DNA from: PVC group bacterium | Lineage (GTDB): Bacteria; Auribacterota; Erginobacteria; Erginobacterales; Erginobacteraceae | Assembly: GCA_043804695.1 (NCBI GenBank) | Contig: JAZDIV010000045.1 | Span: 1-10,834 of the forward strand | Direction of reading: 5' to 3' | Length of the DNA: 10,834 bases | Shown: piece after piece, positions 5,936 to 10,834 of the stretch | Layout: each line of letters opens with the position of its first letter | How positions within the stretch are numbered: position 1 is the stretch's first letter | Notes under the pieces: generated by a model | Told to the model about the DNA's origin: nothing | Databases searched by the model: none | The model's input: the letters and a program-made list of their open reading frames with translations, nothing else | Position numbers and translations under genes: made by a program

Positions 5936-7513
5936 TTAACGTTTTCTTTTCAAGGCGCGGAGGAGATCGCGGGCCTCGTCGATCTGAAAGACGATCAGCC
6001 CGATCGAGAAGGCGATCAGGGCGGCGGCCATCGGCACTCCCACCAGAACTGCCCTCTCCCCCAGCCGCGCCCCGGAGAGGCGCCCTTCCAGAAAGGAAAG
6101 ACTGAGGCTGCAGGCCGCCCCCATCAGCAGGGAAGCACAGCAGAGCCTGATCAGAAAAGAGAGCATTTCCTTCCCCCGGATCCGCCCCAGCCGTTTTCGG
6201 AAGAGATAATAGAGAACCCCGGCGTTGACAAAGGCGGCCAAGCTGGTTGAGAGAGCCAGGCCGCCTTCTCTCAGATTGACCCGCAGCCACGGGGTAAAGA
6301 CCACCGCCAGGTTGAGAGCCAGGTTGAGGAGCATGGCAGAGAACCCCACCTTGACCGGGGTTCTGGTGTCCTGGCAGGAGTAAAAACCCTGGGTGACGAT
6401 CTTCAACCCCGCGAAGGCCGGGAGGCCCAGACTGTAGAAAAGCAGCACCCAGGCGGTGGCCTCGGTCGAGTCAGCACCGAACGCCTTTCTCTGAAAAAGC
6501 AGCTGAATGACCGGCCGGCGGAGGACAATCAAACCCACCGTGGCGGGGACCATTATCAGCAGCACGTTGCGCAGGGCGTGCGAAAAGACGGCCTTGAACT
6601 CCTCGATCCGGTCCCGGGCCATCAGCCGCGACATTTCCGGCAGGGCGGCGGTCGCGAAAGCCAGCCCAAATACCCCGAGGGGGAACTGAACCAGCCGATT
6701 CCCGTAAAAGAGCGCGGCCGGGGCGCCGGCCCCGATCACCATGGCCAGAAACTGGTCGACCGCCGTGTTGATCTGGAAAACGGCCAGTCCCAGTATCCCC
6801 GGCCCCATCAGAAGGGCGATCTTTTTCACGGCGGGGTCGCGCCAGTCCGGAATAAATTCGAACGGGAACCCCTTCCGTTTCAAAACCAACATCTGGATAC
6901 CTAACTCGATTATCCCGCCGATAACAATGCCCACCGCCAGACCGAAAATTTTCTTCTCCGGGGTGTTCCCGAACCGGGGACAAAGAAAAAAGAGAGAGGC
7001 GATCCAGACCAGGTTCAGGACCACCGGGGCGAGGGCGGGAACGGCGAAATGCCGGAGGCTGTTCAAAATTCCCATCGAGATGCCCACCAGGCAGATGAAG
7101 AAGAGATGGGGGAGCATGATCCGGAGCAGACGCAGAACCAGGAGAAACTTGTCGCTCAGGCTGAGCGTGTTCAGTGCCAGCGAGATCATCGCCCACCCCG
7201 CCAGGACCGCCCCGGCCAGGATAATCATCAGCAGGGAACAGATAATCGACGCCACCCGCCACCCTTCCTTGATCCCTTTCTTCTCCAGGTACTCGGTGAA
7301 GACGGGCACGAAGGCGCCGGTCAATGGACCTTCGCCGAGCAGTTTACGGAAGAGATTGGGAATGGTGAAGGCGACCACGAAGGCGGAAAGGGCGAGGCCG
7401 GTCCCGAAAAAGCTTGCGGTCAGGATGTCCCGGACCATGCCCAGGATCCGGCTCAGCAACGTCGCCGCGCCGACCACTCCGGCCGAACGGGTAATCCGGT
7501 GTTCCATACTCAT
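5936..7513 (-). CDS. murJ: Lipid II flippase MurJ (MviN)
   Basis: 525-aa multi-TM protein with SRILG.VRD....FFG.G, AF.IPNLFR.L.GEG....AFVP.F, Y.NRLVQFPLG.FG and FYS.QDTRTP. Start at 7513 or 7507. Confidence 0.96.
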   Translation of the reverse strand: MSMEHRITRSAGVVGAATLLSRILGMVRDILTASFFGTGLALSAFVVAFTIPNLFRKLLGEGPLTGAFVPVFTEYLEKKGIKEGWRVASIICSLLMIILAGAVLAGWAMISLALNTLSLSDKFLLVLRLLRIMLPHLFFICLVGISMGILNSLRHFAVPALAPVVLNLVWIASLFFLCPRFGNTPEKKIFGLAVGIVIGGIIELGIQMLVLKRKGFPFEFIPDWRDPAVKKIALLMGPGILGLAVFQINTAVDQFLAMVIGAGAPAALFYGNRLVQFPLGVFGLAFATAALPEMSRLMARDRIEEFKAVFSHALRNVLLIMVPATVGLIVLRRPVIQLLFQRKAFGADSTEATAWVLLFYSLGLPAFAGLKIVTQGFYSCQDTRTPVKVGFSAMLLNLALNLAVVFTPWLRVNLREGGLALSTSLAAFVNAGVLYYLFRKRLGRIRGKEMLSFLIRLCCASLLMGAACSLSLSFLEGRLSGARLGERAVLVGVPMAAALIAFSIGLIVFQIDEARDLLRALKRKR

Positions 7514-7521
7514 GTTTAGCC

Positions 7522-7550
7522 TTGACGATGAACTCGATTAACCGTATATT
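7522..7550 (+). promoter_or_regulatory. Sigma70 promoter for rpsT
   Basis: TTGACG (7522-7527), 17-nt spacer, TATATT (7545-7550). Confidence 0.65.
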
Positions 7551-7577
7551 CCGTCGGAAATAGTCGAGCCCTTTGCT

Positions 7578-7622
7578 TTGAACTGTTTAATCTGTTTGAA
7601 TCGTTCGAACAGCTTGAACTAT
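7578..7622. repeat. Degenerate 9-nt tandem repeat x5
   Basis: TTGAACTGT TTAATCTGT TTGAATCGT TCGAACAGC TTGAACTAT. Confidence 0.75.
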
Positions 7623-7651
7623 TGAAATTTTATTACAGAGGAGTTACTTCT

Positions 7652-7912
7652 ATGCCTCAGTCGAAATCAGCTGCCAAGCGCTTGCGCCAGAATGCCGCCC
7701 GGCGGACCCGGAACCGGGCCCGCCGGTCCGTTTTAAAAACCCAGACCCGGGTCTTCCAGGCCCGGGCCGCGGGCGGCGACAAAGAAACCGCCCTGAGAGA
7801 ACTGAAAAAAGCGGCTTCCCTGCTGGACAGGGCGGCCGGGCGGGGGGTGGTCAAGAAGAATTACGCCGCCCGGAATAAATCGCAGCTGGCCCGGGCGTTC
7901 AACTCGATGTAA
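7652..7912 (+). CDS. rpsT: 30S ribosomal protein S20
   Basis: MPQSKSAAKRLRQ...RN...RS.LKT...LDRAA.RGVVKKNYAAR.KS.L is a typical S20 sequence. ATG 7652 has GAGGAG at 7638-7643 and is preferred over the track's TTG at 7622. Confidence 0.95.
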   Translation: MPQSKSAAKRLRQNAARRTRNRARRSVLKTQTRVFQARAAGGDKETALRELKKAASLLDRAAGRGVVKKNYAARNKSQLARAFNSM

Positions 7913-8927
7913 GCGCCTCTCCGCCTGAAACCGGAAGGCCGGACCGCGCCCCGGACAGGTCGATGACCAGCCGCTCGAGGGCGAGGCGCAGGTTCTTTTC
8001 CCCTCCCTTCAAGGCATCGTCGGTCTCAACCAGCCGCCGGTAACAATACCCGATGTCGGCCGGCGCCAGCTTTTCCACCGCCCGCAGGAATTGCGGCTGA
8101 TAAAAACGGACGCCGGCCTCTTCACAGATCGTCCGCGAGTTCTTTGTTTTCTCCCGGGCCTCAACGCCCAGCCAGAGCTTTCTGAACGTCCCCCCGACCA
8201 GGGAGAGGATCTTCAGGGGGTGTTCGCCCTCATCGAGCAGACGGTTCAGAAGCAGGAGAGCGGCGCTGGTCCGGCGGGTCACGATCAGGCCGGTGAGGTC
8301 GAAGATGGTTCCTTCCCGGCCGACACCGATCACGGCGGCGACCTCGTCCGCCGAGACCTCCCCTCCCCCGCTCTTGTAGAGGACAAGCTTGTCCAGCCCC
8401 CCGACCAGGGAGCCAAAATCGCTGCCCGCGAGGCGGACCAGCGCCTGGAGCGGCTCATCCCCGATCCGGAGCCTGCGTTCGGAGGCCTCTCTCCGGATCC
8501 GCTCCTCCAGTTTTTTCCCTTTCAGGGGCGCGCAGGAGAACAGGCACTTTTTCGGAAAAAGAGACCGGAAGCTCCATTCCCGCTCTTTGCGGTTGACCAG
8601 AAAAACCAGACAGGCGCCGGGATCGGGGGCGACGAAGTAATCCTTCATCCGTTTCCAGTCCGCCGGCGAAATCTTCTCGGCCCGATCGACAACCACCAGC
8701 CTCCGTCCCCGGCCGGCGGCCGCGAAAAGCCCCCAGGCAGCGGTCCGGGCGGCGTCCAGGATCCCGGCGGCGTTCGTTTCATCGCCCAGAAGGTATTCGT
8801 AATTAAGCGCCCCGTCGCCGTCCTTGAACAGTTCCTCCTTGAGTTCCTTGAGGATTTGGAGTTTCTGATAGGTATCCTCCCCGAGGAGACAGTAGAGGGG
8901 CTGGAGCTTTCCCGATAGCAGCTTCAT
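7899..8927 (-). CDS. holA: DNA polymerase III subunit delta
   Basis: 342 aa with P.Y.L.GED.Y, RLVVV..AE, LDKL.LY, IFDL...I and D..LKGG......LE.L. Conserved position after lptE and convergent with rpsT. Confidence 0.92.
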   Translation of the reverse strand: MKLLSGKLQPLYCLLGEDTYQKLQILKELKEELFKDGDGALNYEYLLGDETNAAGILDAARTAAWGLFAAAGRGRRLVVVDRAEKISPADWKRMKDYFVAPDPGACLVFLVNRKEREWSFRSLFPKKCLFSCAPLKGKKLEERIRREASERRLRIGDEPLQALVRLAGSDFGSLVGGLDKLVLYKSGGGEVSADEVAAVIGVGREGTIFDLTGLIVTRRTSAALLLLNRLLDEGEHPLKILSLVGGTFRKLWLGVEAREKTKNSRTICEEAGVRFYQPQFLRAVEKLAPADIGYCYRRLVETDDALKGGEKNLRLALERLVIDLSGARSGLPVSGGEALTSS

Positions 8928-8929
8928 TT

Positions 8930-8954
8930 TTTTTCGTTACGGAGTAACGAAAAA
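8930..8954. repeat. Perfect 11-bp inverted repeat filling the lptE-holA spacer
   Basis: TTTTTCGTTAC-GGA-GTAACGAAAAA. Confidence 0.8.
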
Positions 8955-9476
8955 TCACCAGATCGAGACGACCTGGTCAACGATCCTCCGGGCGAGGTCC
9001 TTGAAAGCCCGGGGGCGGGCGTCTTCTTCCGCCGTGGGGAGATCTCCCTCCAGGTAGAAATCAGTATATCCCCGGACGCGCTGGTTGCTGACCAGGGTCT
9101 CCCCGGTAGCCAGCTCCCGGAAGGTGATGACCGCCGTCACATAAAGGCGGTACTCCTCCACCTCATTTTCCTCCTCGCCGGTGTAGTCAAGCACCCGGCG
9201 GTTCCAGCCGGTGATCTCCCCCTCCAGGACGGTGTCGGCCTGATCCCGGGAGACCGGACGGAGATTGCCGTCTTGACGGAACCGGGTGATTACCGCGTCA
9301 GTGACATCCACCTCGATCCCCGGCTCGAAGGTAGTGTTCTCAAACGTCGGGACATAGACCGTCTGCAGATGAGGAGGGAGAGTCGTCCCGAGCCGGTAAG
9401 GCCCGCAACCGGCCGGGGCCAGAATAACGACCGTGACCGCGGCGACGATGATAAGAAGGAATAGGAATTTATTCAT
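8955..9476 (-). CDS. lptE: LPS assembly lipoprotein LptE family
   Basis: Lipoprotein signal ending in AGC, then G.Y.LG, T.YVP.F.N.T.EPG.E..VT.AV...F, AD..LEGEI and terminal LARRIVDQV..W. Lies upstream of holA. Confidence 0.88.
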   Translation of the reverse strand: MNKFLFLLIIVAAVTVVILAPAGCGPYRLGTTLPPHLQTVYVPTFENTTFEPGIEVDVTDAVITRFRQDGNLRPVSRDQADTVLEGEITGWNRRVLDYTGEEENEVEEYRLYVTAVITFRELATGETLVSNQRVRGYTDFYLEGDLPTAEEDARPRAFKDLARRIVDQVVSIW

Positions 9477-9478
9477 TT

Positions 9479-9507
9479 ATAAATTAGCGCCTCCGGCGCT
9501 AATTTAT
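9479..9507 (-). promoter_or_regulatory. 13-bp perfect hairpin with the GGAGG ribosome-binding-like sequence at its apex, upstream of lptE
   Basis: Minus strand reads ATAAATTAGCGCC-GGA-GGCGCTAATTTAT-AA-ATG. Confidence 0.55.
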
Positions 9508-9510
9508 CTG

Positions 9511-9537
9511 GCCCCCCGACTGAATCAGTCGGGGGGC
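9511..9537. repeat. GC-rich perfect inverted repeat (REP-like)
   Basis: GCCCCCCGACTGA-A-TCAGTCGGGGGGC, with 13-nt arms. Confidence 0.8.
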
Positions 9538-9696
9538 TGTTGGTTAACTTAAATATTTTCACCGAGGCAACACTTTAAAAAAGCCTTATAACCTCAGCCG
9601 ACGGAGACCGTCTGGAATGTAGTACATCTGTCGGCTTAAATTTTATATACCATGATTCCATTGAGGCAATACCGGTAACCTAAAATACGCCTGAAC

Positions 9697-9745
9697 TATT
9701 ACTTCAACGCTTGCGCACTCTTATTTTTCCGAAGGAAAAATAAGA
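9697..9745. repeat. 49-nt hairpin-containing repeat, copy B (3 nt after the bamD-like stop)
   Basis: 42/49 identical to 222-270. Perfect 12-bp stem TCTTATTTTTCC-GAA-GGAAAAATAAGA (9719-9745). Confidence 0.85.
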
Positions 9746-9748
9746 AAA

Positions 9749-10768
9749 TCAATCTTCCCCGTTCTCCGCCAGGCTGGTCCTGGGATTCACCCCCGCATCC
9801 TCACCCCCGCTCCCTTCGTCCGTTCCGGGGGCGGGTTCCGGAAGGGCGGCCAGTTTTTCCCGGGCCGGGAGAGCATAGGACGAATCCGGGTAAGTGTCCA
9901 CGATCTCCTGGTAGTACAGCCTGCCTCCTTCCGCCGACTCCTCCGATTCATAAAAACGAGCGATATCGTATGCCTTTTCCGCTTTCAGATCAACCAGTTC
10001 GGCGATCTTCCTCTCCGCTTCCGGCCGGTCTTGATGATCGGGGAATCTCTGCGCAAATTTCTCCAGATATTGGATCGCCCGGTCGACCTCCCTGGGGTCA
10101 TAATCCGACTGGAGGGCGATCTGATAGTAACAGTCTCCCATTTTGAACAGGGCCAGGGGAATGACATCGGTCCCCGGATAGTTGGCCAAGACCTGCTCAT
10201 ACTCGGTGATCGCCTCTTCATAATCACCCTGTTCCTGGAGCGCCCGGCCCAGGCCGTACTGGGCGAGGGGAGAAACCGTGCTGAAGGTGGCGTTATTTAC
10301 CACCGTCCGAAATATCTCTTCCGCGGCGCCCAGGCCGGACCGGATCCGGAGAAAAAGAAAGGAGCGTTTCCTCCCGTTCAGGAAGGCCTCCCCGATCGCG
10401 TACTGCCGGCTCAGGATCTCTCCCAGGTTCCCTTTTCCGGGAAACTCGTCGAGAAGCAGCTGATACGCTTCAAACGCTTCATACAGGTCGTCCTCCGCTT
10501 CCAGACAGACCCCGATCCGGAACTGCGCCTCGGGCGCGCGGGGGGAATCGGGATACTCATCGACCAGCTCCTGATACCGGTTCAAAGCCCCGCCCCGGTC
10601 TCCTTCCGTCTCGAGGGCCTGAGCCGCGTTCCAGAGCAGGTCCGCTTCCGGAGAAGGAACCAGGCTCGTCTCCGGAGGGGTCTCTCCGTTTTTAACCTCA
10701 ACCCCCCCACAGGCAGCCACCGAAAGGGAAAGAGCCGCCAGCATGATCAGTATAACGCTACGTGTCAT
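9749..10768 (-). CDS. bamD: Outer membrane protein assembly factor BamD-like TPR lipoprotein
   Basis: Lipobox VAAC and multiple TPR units (YP.S..APEAQF.IG; A...YE.VL..YP). The BamD/ComL-like segment YD......AI..L..F...FPD....EA..I..L....AEK.Y.IARFY is followed by YY......YPDS. Directly upstream of lptE. Confidence 0.8.
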   Translation of the reverse strand: MTRSVILIMLAALSLSVAACGGVEVKNGETPPETSLVPSPEADLLWNAAQALETEGDRGGALNRYQELVDEYPDSPRAPEAQFRIGVCLEAEDDLYEAFEAYQLLLDEFPGKGNLGEILSRQYAIGEAFLNGRKRSFLFLRIRSGLGAAEEIFRTVVNNATFSTVSPLAQYGLGRALQEQGDYEEAITEYEQVLANYPGTDVIPLALFKMGDCYYQIALQSDYDPREVDRAIQYLEKFAQRFPDHQDRPEAERKIAELVDLKAEKAYDIARFYESEESAEGGRLYYQEIVDTYPDSSYALPAREKLAALPEPAPGTDEGSGGEDAGVNPRTSLAENGED

Positions 10769-10778
10769 ATATCAATCG

Positions 10779-10791
10779 GCGCCTCCGGCGC
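10779..10791 (-). promoter_or_regulatory. GCGCC-GGA-GGCGC mini-hairpin containing GGAGG, upstream of the bamD-like start
   Basis: Identical 13-mer to 9487-9499, at the same 10-nt distance from the ATG. Confidence 0.5.
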
Positions 10792-10834
10792 GCTTTTTCA
10801 CCACTAAGACACCAAGAAAAACCAAATAATATGT

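Noticed and set aside
7622..7651. TTG start extending rpsT by 10 aa
   Set aside because: S20 homology begins at MPQSKS, and ATG 7652 has a well-placed GAGGAG.

Overview
GC-rich bacterial housekeeping region, probably from a Gram-negative anaerobe. The bamD-lptE-holA/rpsT/murJ order and the IspH-UbiA fusion suggest a PVC-related or deltaproteobacteria-like lineage (inference). There are nine supportable CDSs: an ispH-ubiA-like fusion (-), pta (+), a secreted hypothetical protein (+), a uridine-kinase-like P-loop protein (+), murJ (-), rpsT (+), holA (-), lptE (-) and a BamD-like TPR lipoprotein (-). The unusual part is the AT-rich intergenic DNA, which holds many small repeat elements: two copies of a REP/RPE-like palindrome with a shared 30-nt tail; two copies of a 49-nt element with a covarying cGNAg-triloop hairpin, each just after a stop codon; an identical GGAGG-containing hairpin 10 nt upstream of both bamD and lptE; a MITE-like cassette bounded by inverted repeats; and 7- and 9-nt tandem repeats. 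I found no transposase, CRISPR array, tRNA or rRNA.
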